Assembly: GCA_041690135.1 (NCBI GenBank)
Contig: JAWLHY010000005.1
Location: 96,001-160,000, forward strand
Source of the DNA: Armatimonadota bacterium
GTDB taxonomy: Bacteria; Armatimonadota; SYMT01
Length of the DNA: 64,000 nt
Direction: 5' to 3'
Notes under the pieces: generated by a model
What the model saw: only the letters and a program-made list of their open reading frames with translations
Databases searched by the model: none
Told to the model about the DNA's origin: nothing
Translations under genes and position numbers: made by a program
Shown here: one piece after another, positions 28,085 through 37,028 of the stretch
Layout of the letters: every line of letters begins with the position of its first letter
How positions within the stretch are numbered: the stretch's first letter is position 1

Positions 28085-29404
28085 TTACAGCTTCCAGGGC
28101 TTGCGGTAAGGCCGGGCCAGCAGGCCGTTGGCCTCCTCGTCCTTGATAAACTCTTCCTTCTTCGCATCCCACTCGAGACGCCGGCCGCCGAGGCGCAAGG
28201 ATGCGGTGCCGAGGTGGCACACCGTTGCCGAGCGGTGGCCGATCTCCGCGGTGCAGATAGGATCCTTGCGGGTGCGCAGGCACTCCAGGAAGTTGCCGAC
28301 GTGGTCGTTGGAAGCGTAGAGCCGGGTGGCGCCTTCGGAGAGGGGCTCCTTCAGCAGCTTCTCGTCGCTCGCCTCGATCCGGCTGCGACTGACGAAAATC
28401 CAGCCCGCGTCGCCTTCGAACCGGACCCCGTTCTCGTTCTTCGACATCGCCAGCACGGTAATGTCGCCGGGGTAGGTGTAGGTGACTTCGAAGTCGACGG
28501 CGCAGTTGTAGCCCCGCGGGTGGGCCGGGAGCATTCCTGTGGACTCCACCGCGATCGGACCGGAATCATCCATGCCCAGCCCCCACTGCGTGATGTCGAG
28601 GTGATGCGCGCCCCAGTCGGTCATCATCCCGCCCGAGTACTCATACCAGTGCCGGAACGAGCCGTGGGTGCGCTCCTTCACGTACTCCGTCCACGGGGCG
28701 GGTCCGAGCCACATATCCCAATCGAAATCGGCCGGCGGGGTGGACGCCTGGAACGGGCCGCCCTTGGAGCCGTTGGGGAGGCGGGCCTCCACGCGCTTGA
28801 TCTTGCCGATGCGCCCGTTGCGGACGAGTTCGCAGGCCAGCCGGAAGCGGGCGTCGGAGCGCTGCTGGCTGCCGACCTGCAGGACCTTGCCGGTCTTCTT
28901 CTGGGCGTCGGAGATCTTGCGGCCTTCCTCGATGAAGAGGGTCAGCGGCTTTTCGCAGTAGACGTCCTTACCCTTCTTCATCGCCGCGATGGCGATGTAG
29001 GTGTGCCAGTGGTCCGGCGTGCCGATGACGACCGCATCGATGTCCTTGCGGTCCAGCACTTCCCGGAAGTCGGCGTAGGCCTTGCAGTCCGGTCCGAAGC
29101 CGGCGGCCGCTTCTTCGCGATGCTGCTTATCGACGTCGCATGCGGCCACGACCTTCACGCCGGGACGGCGCGCCATGTTGCGGGTCACGCCGAGGCCCTG
29201 GCGGAATCCACCCTTGGATCCCCCGGAGCCGATGACGGCGATGTTGATGTGATCGTTGGCGGAGACCTTCTTGGTCTCCTGGGCGGCGCGGTCCAGTTCC
29301 GCCGCCGCGACTTCCTGGGCGTACCAGGAGGGTAGGGCCGCCAGCGAGAGGCCGGCCAGAGAACGGCCCAGAAAACCTCGCCGGGAAACTTCAAGCTCGC
29401 TCAC
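28085..29404 (-). CDS. Gfo/Idh/MocA family oxidoreductase, Tat signal
   Basis: SRRGFLG, IGTPDHWH, VYCEKP, QVGSQQRS, DWDMWLGPAP, DWGAHHLD. Confidence 0.93.
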   Translation of the reverse strand: MSELEVSRRGFLGRSLAGLSLAALPSWYAQEVAAAELDRAAQETKKVSANDHINIAVIGSGGSKGGFRQGLGVTRNMARRPGVKVVAACDVDKQHREEAAAGFGPDCKAYADFREVLDRKDIDAVVIGTPDHWHTYIAIAAMKKGKDVYCEKPLTLFIEEGRKISDAQKKTGKVLQVGSQQRSDARFRLACELVRNGRIGKIKRVEARLPNGSKGGPFQASTPPADFDWDMWLGPAPWTEYVKERTHGSFRHWYEYSGGMMTDWGAHHLDITQWGLGMDDSGPIAVESTGMLPAHPRGYNCAVDFEVTYTYPGDITVLAMSKNENGVRFEGDAGWIFVSRSRIEASDEKLLKEPLSEGATRLYASNDHVGNFLECLRTRKDPICTAEIGHRSATVCHLGTASLRLGGRRLEWDAKKEEFIKDEEANGLLARPYRKPWKL

Positions 29405-29494
29405 GATTACCTCCGAAAAGCGGGGGCATCTGCGGAAGGACGCAGATGGATACGAGGTATGTTAGGCAGCGTGCGAGACTTGCCCTCCCAGGAT

Positions 29495-29595
29495 TTGGGC
29501 CACCCCTCGGGTGGTAAACGTTGGGCATTAGGAGCGCGGACGTCCCGTCCGCCAGTGGTCAGGTGTTCGGGTGTTCGGGTGGTCAGGTGCTCAGG
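29495..29595 (-). repeat. Second copy (inverted) of the composite octamer/REP element
   Basis: Minus strand: CCTGACCA CCCGAACA CCCGAACA CCTGACCA..GGCGGACGGGACGTCCGCGCTCC..CCCAACGTTTACCACCCGAGGGGTGG. Confidence 0.85.
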
Positions 29596-30028
29596 CGTTG
29601 GTCCCACCGTCGGGGTAGGAGTTGGGTGTTAAGCCCTGGGCATTCTGGCTCTCGGCGTGCAGGCATTCAGGCAATTGAATTGCGGGTTTCGCTTCTCACA
29701 TTTTCCGCAGCCCTTGCCGTCATTGCGAGACCGGCTGCGCCGACTGGACTGCGAACACATCCGTTTTAGCACACCGACTCATATCTGGCCGTGTAGCGCC
29801 GTACAGCCGGTCGGGGCAATCCCCCTGGTGAACGGTTGGAGCGCATGAACGCAAACCGCTTCATCAGGGGATGGCTGCAGCTTCTTTGGGGGTGTCCGAA
29901 GGCCCTTCGGCGACGAGTTTTGGCCAGGACGCTGCCACGCTTGTAAAAGTCCAGCCGCCCTGACCCAAGTGTTGCTCATCCTATCTATCCTGTCCATCCT
30001 GTTTTTGCCCTTCCCTACCTGTCTACCG

Positions 30029-30964
30029 TTATCGTGGCGGGGGCACGCGGTCCAGAAGCTCTTCGATGACGGCGGCGGAGGATGCGCCGCCGTAGCGCGC
30101 CTTGGTGTCGAGCAGGATGCGGTGCGCGAGCACGGGGACGGCGAGCGCGCGTACGTCTTCGGGTAGAACGTAGTCGCGGTCGTCTACCAGCGCGCGGGCC
30201 TGCGCGGTGCGGTAGAGGGCGAGGGAGCCGCGGGGCGACACCCCCAGACGGAGACGGGGATCGGTTCGCGACTGCTGCACGACGCGGAGGATGTACTCGG
30301 CCACCGCCTTGTCCACCCGCACGGCGCGCACGCGGGCCTGGAGGTCCAGCACTTCGGTGCAGCCCGCCACCGGCTGGAGGTCCTCCAGGGGATGGTGGTC
30401 GTTCTGGCCGTACAGCACCTCCAGTTCATGTTCCAGGTCCGGGTAGCCCAGGGTTACCCGCACGCTGAACCGGTCCAACTGGGCTTCCGGAAGGGGGTAG
30501 GTGCCGTGGAACTCGACCGGGTTCTGGGTGGCGATGACGAAGAATGGCTGGGGCAGGTCGCGACGGCGACCCTCCACGGTGGCCTGGTTCTCGCTCATTA
30601 CTTCCAGGAGCGCCGACTGGGTGCGTGGCGAGGTGCGGTTGATCTCGTCGGCGAGCAGGACGTTGGCGAATACGGGGCCCTCGCGGAAAGAGAAGGTGCC
30701 GTCTTTCGGGTTGTAGATGCTGCTTCCCAGGATGTCCGCCGGGAGGAGGTCGGGCGTAAATTGGATGCGCCGGAACTCCCCGTCGATGGACCGGGCCAGG
30801 GCCTTGGCCAGGGTCGTCTTCCCGGTTCCCGGTACGTCTTCCAGGAGGGCGTGGCCGCCGGCGAACAGGGAGAGGAGCACCAACCGAATGCTCTCCTCTT
30901 TTCCCCGGATCACCTGGCCCAGGTTGCGTTCGATGTTTTGAATGATCTGTGTCGATTGGCCCAT
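30029..30964 (-). CDS. moxR: MoxR family AAA+ ATPase
   Basis: LLEDVPGTGKT, RIQFTPDLLPAD, LADEINR, QSALLE, TQNP, PLPEAQLDRF, SPRG. Confidence 0.95.
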   Translation of the reverse strand: MGQSTQIIQNIERNLGQVIRGKEESIRLVLLSLFAGGHALLEDVPGTGKTTLAKALARSIDGEFRRIQFTPDLLPADILGSSIYNPKDGTFSFREGPVFANVLLADEINRTSPRTQSALLEVMSENQATVEGRRRDLPQPFFVIATQNPVEFHGTYPLPEAQLDRFSVRVTLGYPDLEHELEVLYGQNDHHPLEDLQPVAGCTEVLDLQARVRAVRVDKAVAEYILRVVQQSRTDPRLRLGVSPRGSLALYRTAQARALVDDRDYVLPEDVRALAVPVLAHRILLDTKARYGGASSAAVIEELLDRVPPPR

Positions 30965-31048
30965 GTGTTGGTCGCTATCTGCTCCCGCGGTTGGATCTGT
31001 TCTACAACCCTTATCGTGTTTTCGGCGAGTATGGGTACGTGCCGAGGC

Positions 31049-33175
31049 TCAGTTCCGCGCGGCGGGGGCCCTATCCCCGGATGGGGAGGCTTCCAGTTGC
31101 CGTAGTTGCGCGTCGAGCTCCGCCAGTGTTTCCGGAGTTGGTGCGCCGCCGAAGCGGGCGCGGTTGTACCGGTCTACGAAGGCGCCGAGAGGTTTCAGTA
31201 TCTCCTCGCGCGGACGTGAGACTGGAGTATCGCCGGCATCGAGAACTCCCTCGTGAAGTGGCGCGCGTGCGAGTTTCTCCAGGTGCTCGTTCCAGGTGCG
31301 GTCCGCTGGGCAGTCGTAACCGCGGCGGCCGAGGAGCATCTCGAACCGGCGGGCCAGCGCCTCCATATCCGGCGGCGTCGAGTAACGGTACACAGGTTCC
31401 GGGGCCAGCCGCTTCTGGCGCCGGATATCGCGCCAGACCAGGAAGGCGATCACCGACACACCGATGATCACGGCGCCGGTAATGCCCACGCTGCGGACGA
31501 TGCTTCCGCGGAGCACGTCGATCGCATCTTGCATCCACTCGGAGAGCCGCGTCCATGCGGGAATCGGTCCGTCCGTCGCATCCGGCCGGCCGGTGGCAGG
31601 TGTGGCTTCGACGGTAACCCACCGCTCGCCCGCGCCTCCTTCTCCCGGCACGAGGGCCTCCGCCCACGCGTGCGCGTCACGCTGCCGGGCGATCAGCAGC
31701 CCTAATCCGGTTCTCTCGTGGAGGTAGTAACCGGATACGTAGCGGGCGGGCACGCCCAGGCAGCGAAGCAGAATCACGGCGGACGAGGCGAAGTACTCGC
31801 AGTGGGCCGCCTTGCGCTCCAGCAGAAAGTTGGAGACAGGGTCTCCCACCCCCGGGTTGGTGGAAAGGCTGTATTCGTGATTTCGCGTAAGGTAGGTCTC
31901 GACCGCCTCGACCAGCGCGCGGGTATTTCTCCCTTCCAGGCCTACTGGTTCCCCCCCTCTCCCGTTTGGGACGGACCTTCCGGTGCTGGGGCTGGGGATC
32001 GGCAGGCCTGCTTCCCGGGCGATCCGGAGGGCCAGGGCATGCACCTGGGGGTCGATCCCGCCGGGTACTTCGAGAGCGAGGGCGCGCTCGTCGGCAGTGG
32101 CGAGCTCCGCCAGCGGCGCGGGCGCCGCTGTGGTGCCTCCGAGGGTCACTTCATACTCGAAGGGGGCGGTCATCCCCCCGCGCACCGTGCGGCCGCCATC
32201 TTGATCCCAGAGAAGCTCCGTGCCCTTTTCCACGGATACCGAACGGGTGCCCAGCGGCAGGAAGAGAAAGCCGGAATTGGAGACCAGTCGCGTTATGTGC
32301 AGGCGCCCACCGTCCGTCCCACCGGTGGCGAGCGGGAGTGCGGAGCGGAAAAGCCGTCCTTCTATCTGCGGTCCCCAGCGGCCCTCTTCGTAGGTGTAAA
32401 ACGTCAGTCCACGGAGGTGCGAGATATCTTGACGGTCTGACCCACCCTGGGCGTCGACTCGCAGCACGCGGTGGAGCGGCCCGCGCAGGTCGCGTGTGGC
32501 GCCGAGCCGCGGGTCGGTGGAGAGACCGGTTTCGTCGGATGGATTGCCGAACAGGAGATCGTTCGACCAACGGGTGATCTCACCGCGCCAGATCCAGAGC
32601 CCGTAGAACCCGGCCCCGCCTGTTCCGAGCGCCAGGACGGTCGCGGCCACGCCTACGGCCAGTGTCGGTCCGAATCGGCGTTCCGGTCGGGTTCCGCCTT
32701 GTTCGGCGAACGCGTTCATCGCGCGGATCAGGAGCAGAAGATAGAGCGGCGCCAGGTACCGGATGTAACCGGTGTCCACCGTGTTCGAAGCCGCGAGGAA
32801 GACCATCACGCAGAGGCCGGTGAGCTTGCCGGTTGGAAGTTGCGGCCTTCGGATCCAGCACTGCAGCGTCATTTCCACCGCGCAGTACTGGCCGAACCAG
32901 TCCATGCTACGCCCGGTAAGGAAGGTGTCCGCGCCGCGGAAGCCGGGATCGTTGCCGGAAGTGAAGATGAGAGCGCCCGCCAGAAAGCGGATGATCCACA
33001 CGGGCCAGGTGCCGTTCTCCAGGCGCTGATCGGTGAGGTGCACCGCGACCAGGGCGACGGCCACGCCGAACAACACGGTGGAACGGCCGGTAGCGTACAG
33101 CGATCCCATCGCCAGGAGTGCAGTCAGTGTGAACAGCCAGTGTGGCGTGGTGGCGGTGCGGCTCTTTTCGTTCAC
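31049..33175 (-). CDS. Membrane-anchored transglutaminase-like protein (TgpA-like)
   Basis: N-terminal TM helices; AHCEYFAS, GVPARYVSGY, DAHAWAE, WVTVEATP; YNRARFG C-terminus. Confidence 0.88.
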   Translation of the reverse strand: MNEKSRTATTPHWLFTLTALLAMGSLYATGRSTVLFGVAVALVAVHLTDQRLENGTWPVWIIRFLAGALIFTSGNDPGFRGADTFLTGRSMDWFGQYCAVEMTLQCWIRRPQLPTGKLTGLCVMVFLAASNTVDTGYIRYLAPLYLLLLIRAMNAFAEQGGTRPERRFGPTLAVGVAATVLALGTGGAGFYGLWIWRGEITRWSNDLLFGNPSDETGLSTDPRLGATRDLRGPLHRVLRVDAQGGSDRQDISHLRGLTFYTYEEGRWGPQIEGRLFRSALPLATGGTDGGRLHITRLVSNSGFLFLPLGTRSVSVEKGTELLWDQDGGRTVRGGMTAPFEYEVTLGGTTAAPAPLAELATADERALALEVPGGIDPQVHALALRIAREAGLPIPSPSTGRSVPNGRGGEPVGLEGRNTRALVEAVETYLTRNHEYSLSTNPGVGDPVSNFLLERKAAHCEYFASSAVILLRCLGVPARYVSGYYLHERTGLGLLIARQRDAHAWAEALVPGEGGAGERWVTVEATPATGRPDATDGPIPAWTRLSEWMQDAIDVLRGSIVRSVGITGAVIIGVSVIAFLVWRDIRRQKRLAPEPVYRYSTPPDMEALARRFEMLLGRRGYDCPADRTWNEHLEKLARAPLHEGVLDAGDTPVSRPREEILKPLGAFVDRYNRARFGGAPTPETLAELDAQLRQLEASPSGDRAPAARN

Positions 33176-34521
33176 AGCTCATCCACTCCCGCTTCGAAGC
33201 CGGCTCGCGAAATCACCGGCACCTCTCCCATTCCCGTGGCATCCAGCGCCGGATCCAGTGTGCAGGCGGAGTCGCGCACGACGATTACTTTCACCACGGC
33301 TCCGTGCTCGATCAGGCCGCGTACGAAGGAGCGCCGGGTCTCATTCCAATCCAGGAATACGCACACGATGGTGGTGATCTGGGCCAGGTGCTCGCCAATC
33401 TCCGGCTCGATCACGTCGAACGGCTCTTCGGGGTTCGCTTCGACGCAGGCCAGGATATCGAGGATCTGATCGAGGTACGCCAGGCCGCGACCGGCGGACA
33501 ACTGGTAGAGGTGGGGGCCCGCCGCGAACAGGTCGACGATGTATTCCTGGCGCGACATGTAGTCGCTCACGGCCGCACAGACGGAAACCGCGCGTTCAAA
33601 GGAAGCGTGTTCCGCTTCGGATGCTCCCGGATGGACGTGCGTGTCCAGGATGACGGCCGCGCGCAGGAAGTATTCTTCCCGGTACTCGCGCACAATAGGC
33701 ATGTTCAGGCGCGCCGTCGCCTTCCAGTCGATGTCGCGGATGCTGTCTCCATACCGGTACTCCCGGTTGCCGAGATACTCCATCGCGTCTCCCAGCACGG
33801 AGGCCAGGGCTACCCCTCCCGGTTGGTATCGGCGCCCACTGGCGATGGACAGGTGGGCGAGGCGGCGGAAGTGCGGATAGACCAGCAGCGTGGCGGGCTG
33901 CTTCACGATCTGGCGGACATAGACGAGGCCGAACGGGTATGCCGTTTCCACCCGGAAGCCTCGCAGCCGGTAGACGCCTCGCCGGGGACAACTCAGGTGC
34001 AGGCGGACCCGTGCCGTCTTGCCGTCTCGCAAATCTGGGACGGGCACGCCGTCCGGCGGAAGCGCGTCCACTTCCGCCGGGAGGCGTTGAGGCAACACCC
34101 GCAGCGGCAGGCCCGGCAGGCCGCCGGCACGGGTGATTTCCAGGTCCACCGGCAGCACTTCTCCCGCACAGACCCGGTCGTTGAAGCGAGCGCGCAGCTT
34201 GACCCGAGGCCGAACGACCGCGGCCACGGCGTAGGCAACGAGCCAGAACCCGATGATGTAGCAGAGCGGAATGTAGGTCTGGATCTCCAGCGAGCAGAGG
34301 GCGAAGTGGATCAGCAGAATCGTTGCCCAGAAGTATCCGCGACCGGCGGGAGTCAGTCGTTCGTTGTAGCCGCGCCAGAGCGGGCGGAAGAGGTACCCGC
34401 GGAAGTAGGGGTGGTGCACGCAGTCCTTCGCCGGGGAAAGCGGCGGGAAGTCCAGCTCACTCGCGCCGGCGCCGAGGAGCGAGGGAGGGAGGCGAAGCAG
34501 AAGCGAGCGGAGGCGGTGCAT
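33172..34521 (-). CDS. DUF58 domain-containing protein
   Basis: RRGVY, YPFGL, LLVYP, REYRYGDSIRDIDWKATAR, VILD, FERAVS. Confidence 0.9.
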   Translation of the reverse strand: MHRLRSLLLRLPPSLLGAGASELDFPPLSPAKDCVHHPYFRGYLFRPLWRGYNERLTPAGRGYFWATILLIHFALCSLEIQTYIPLCYIIGFWLVAYAVAAVVRPRVKLRARFNDRVCAGEVLPVDLEITRAGGLPGLPLRVLPQRLPAEVDALPPDGVPVPDLRDGKTARVRLHLSCPRRGVYRLRGFRVETAYPFGLVYVRQIVKQPATLLVYPHFRRLAHLSIASGRRYQPGGVALASVLGDAMEYLGNREYRYGDSIRDIDWKATARLNMPIVREYREEYFLRAAVILDTHVHPGASEAEHASFERAVSVCAAVSDYMSRQEYIVDLFAAGPHLYQLSAGRGLAYLDQILDILACVEANPEEPFDVIEPEIGEHLAQITTIVCVFLDWNETRRSFVRGLIEHGAVVKVIVVRDSACTLDPALDATGMGEVPVISRAGFEAGVDEL

Positions 34522-34606
34522 GGTAATTGTTCGATGGCCGGCGCGTGCGGTGTGTTCCGCCGGTTGCGCGCCTCCTCACTATACAATGCGTTTGCCGCCG
34601 GGTTAG

Positions 34607-34687
34607 CCACAGATTTCACAGATTGGAAAAGATTGAGGGCCGAGCCGGCTGAGAGAGTCCACAGATTTCGCAGATGGAAAAGATGAG
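34607..34687 (+). repeat. Direct repeat pair CCACAGATTTC(A/G)CAGAT..GGAAAAGAT
   Basis: Copies at 34607-34637 and 34659-34687. Confidence 0.75.
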
Positions 34688-34920
34688 ACGGAATGGGGAC
34701 GTCCACGTTGGCCCTGAAGTAGTGCGGATTAAGTCCGCTGTCGCCTGTCGCCCACTGGCAAGGCAACCCGCAAAGTAGGGGCACCGGCCCTGATTGCCCT
34801 CGTAAAGTAGCTGATGACCAATTGCAACGGGGTGGCGGCTCATGAGGGTGAAGCCGTCAAATCTGACGGTGGGTGTCTGGCGGTGAAGGGTAGAGACTCT
34901 CTCCGGCCGAACTTGATGAC

Positions 34921-36090
34921 ATGTCCCCTCCCCCATCCGCAGCACCTCTCGACCTGTTGATCCGGGCCGGTCGTGTTTTCTGCCCCGAGACAGGTACCGA
35001 CGGCCCGGGCGCGGTCGGGATCCGCGGGGGACGCATCGTGTCGCTTCCGGTGGACGCTGAGGTCGCGGCGCGGCGGGTGCTTGACTTTCCCCTGGGCCTT
35101 TTGCTTCCGGGACTGGTGGACCTGCACGCCCACCCGGCACGCGGGCAGTCGAAGTTCGGAGTCGATCCGGATGCCCATCTTCTCCCGCGGGGCACCACAA
35201 CGGTCCTATCGCAGGGGGATGCGGGTGCCCATAACTGGCGGGATTACCGGGACCGGGTGGTATCTCGGTCACGCACGCGCGTCCGCCTCGCGCTCAACCT
35301 GGCGGCGAGTGGCGAGGCCCGGCCGGGAGGGTCGCTGGAGGACCTGGCAGAGGCGGATATCGCTGCCTGCCTGCAGGCAGTGCGGGAGATTCGCGCAGAG
35401 GGCGGAGACTTTCTCTGGGGGATCTCGGTGAACACCAGCCCGGCCACCTGTGGCGCGTCCGACCCGCGGGAAGCATTCCACCGGGCGCTCCGCGTCGCGG
35501 AAGAAAGTGGTCTCCCGCTCCTGGTCGGAACACGTCGGCACCCGGATTGGCCTCTGGAGGAGCAACTCCCCCTCTTGCGGCCGGGGGATGTCGTCACCTA
35601 CTGTTTTCACCCGCTGGCCGAGGGAATTGTCGAAGCCGGACGGGTGCGCGAGTGCGTGTGGCGGGCGCGCGAACGCGGCGTGCTCTTCGACCTGGGGCAT
35701 GGCTGGGGATCGTTCAGTTTCGCCGTCGCCGAGGCGGCGGTCGGCGAGGGTTTCTATCCGGACACGGTATCGACCGACTTCTATGCCCGGCACGTGGGCC
35801 ATCACCCCATCCACGATCTACCCCGCACCGTCTCGAAGTTGGTGGCCGCCGGAATGCCGGAGAGCGAGGCTTTCCGGCGGGCGACACTGACGCCCGCCAG
35901 GGTGCTGGGATTGGAGGAGGAAGTCGGCACTTTGCAACCGGGCCGGTGCGCGGATCTGGTGGTGCTCCGGTGGAACTCGTCAGCCCCACCCCTCCGCGAC
36001 GTGCTGGGGCAGGAAAAGGCTGGTGGGTGTTGGGAACCGCTCCTGACGATCCGCGAAGGGGAAGAAGTGAAGGGCCATGAAGCGACGTGA
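34921..36090 (+). CDS. Amidohydrolase/dihydroorotase-like metallo-hydrolase (degenerate active site)
   Basis: DLLIRAGRV, PGLVDLHAH, GTTTV, LRPGDV, DLGHG, VSTD, PARVLG, GTL.PGRCADL. Confidence 0.82.
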   Translation: MSPPPSAAPLDLLIRAGRVFCPETGTDGPGAVGIRGGRIVSLPVDAEVAARRVLDFPLGLLLPGLVDLHAHPARGQSKFGVDPDAHLLPRGTTTVLSQGDAGAHNWRDYRDRVVSRSRTRVRLALNLAASGEARPGGSLEDLAEADIAACLQAVREIRAEGGDFLWGISVNTSPATCGASDPREAFHRALRVAEESGLPLLVGTRRHPDWPLEEQLPLLRPGDVVTYCFHPLAEGIVEAGRVRECVWRARERGVLFDLGHGWGSFSFAVAEAAVGEGFYPDTVSTDFYARHVGHHPIHDLPRTVSKLVAAGMPESEAFRRATLTPARVLGLEEEVGTLQPGRCADLVVLRWNSSAPPLRDVLGQEKAGGCWEPLLTIREGEEVKGHEAT

Positions 36091-37018
36091 CTTGCTGGCA
36101 GCGTACGTGGCGGCGGCTACTCCGGCGGTACGCACCTGGGGTGCGGAGCCGGCGTTCCGCTTCTCCGCCGCGGAGGACCGCGTGGCGCTGAAGTGGGGGG
36201 ACGTGGTGTTGGCCACCTACGTTTACCGTGATGAGAAAGTCCTGCGGCCACACTTCGTCCATCTGCGCACAACGGACGGGCACCAGGTCACCCGTAATCA
36301 CCCGCCGATGCCGGGCCGCGATGCCGCGGACCACGACACGATGCACCCGGGCCTCTGGCTCGCGTTCGGTGATGTCAGCGGTCACGACTTCTGGCGCAAC
36401 CGGGCGCGAGTGATCCACGAGCGATTTACGGAGGCGCCGAAAGTAGTCGACGGCCGGGCGCAGTTTGCGGCGCTCCACCGGTATCAGACGATGGACGGAA
36501 AGCTACTCGGACGCGAGACGGCGCGCTTTTCCTTCCGCACGGAGAGGGATGGCTGGCTTCTATCGTGGGATTCGACCTTCGAGCCGGTCGAGCCCCTCAT
36601 TTTCGGCGACCAGGAGGAGATGGGTCTGGGGCTGCGGGTGGCCACGCCGCTCACGGTGTCGCAGGGAGGAACCATCGTCAACAGCGCCGGACAGAAGAAT
36701 GAGAGAGAAGTGTGGGGCCAGCCGGCGGACTGGTGTGGTTACAGCGGAACTCTGGAGGGCAGGCAGGCGGGCGTCGTGTTGATGTCCCACCGCGACAATT
36801 TCCGACGTCCCTGGTTCCACGCCCGGGACTACGGCCTGCTCGTCGCCAACCCATTCGGGCGAAATGCCTTCACCCGCGGCGAGCGCAGTGCTGTGCGGGT
36901 GGCTCCCGGCGAGAGATTTCGGCTGCGTTTCGGTGTGCAAGTGTTCTCCGCCCCCGTCGGAAGGCCCGTGAACCTTGCGCGTGTGTACGCGAGCTACGTT
37001 ACAGCGGAAAAGAAGTAA
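36077..37018 (+). CDS. DUF6807 ('PmoA family') protein, probably Tat-exported
   Basis: KRRDLL, RPHFVHL, DH..MHPGLWLAFGD, DFW, GDQEEMGLG, WFHARDYG..ANPFG. Confidence 0.78.
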   Translation: MKRRDLLAAYVAAATPAVRTWGAEPAFRFSAAEDRVALKWGDVVLATYVYRDEKVLRPHFVHLRTTDGHQVTRNHPPMPGRDAADHDTMHPGLWLAFGDVSGHDFWRNRARVIHERFTEAPKVVDGRAQFAALHRYQTMDGKLLGRETARFSFRTERDGWLLSWDSTFEPVEPLIFGDQEEMGLGLRVATPLTVSQGGTIVNSAGQKNEREVWGQPADWCGYSGTLEGRQAGVVLMSHRDNFRRPWFHARDYGLLVANPFGRNAFTRGERSAVRVAPGERFRLRFGVQVFSAPVGRPVNLARVYASYVTAEKK

Positions 37019-37028
37019 CGCATAAGTC

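Noticed and set aside
34607-34687. Possible mini-CRISPR (two ~30-bp direct repeats)
   Set aside because: Only two imperfect copies, a 21-bp gap, internal 9-bp periodicity and no cas genes.
36077-37018. Particulate methane monooxygenase subunit
   Set aside because: The 'PmoA family' label (DUF6807) applies to soluble exported proteins; there are no TM helices and no pmoCB.
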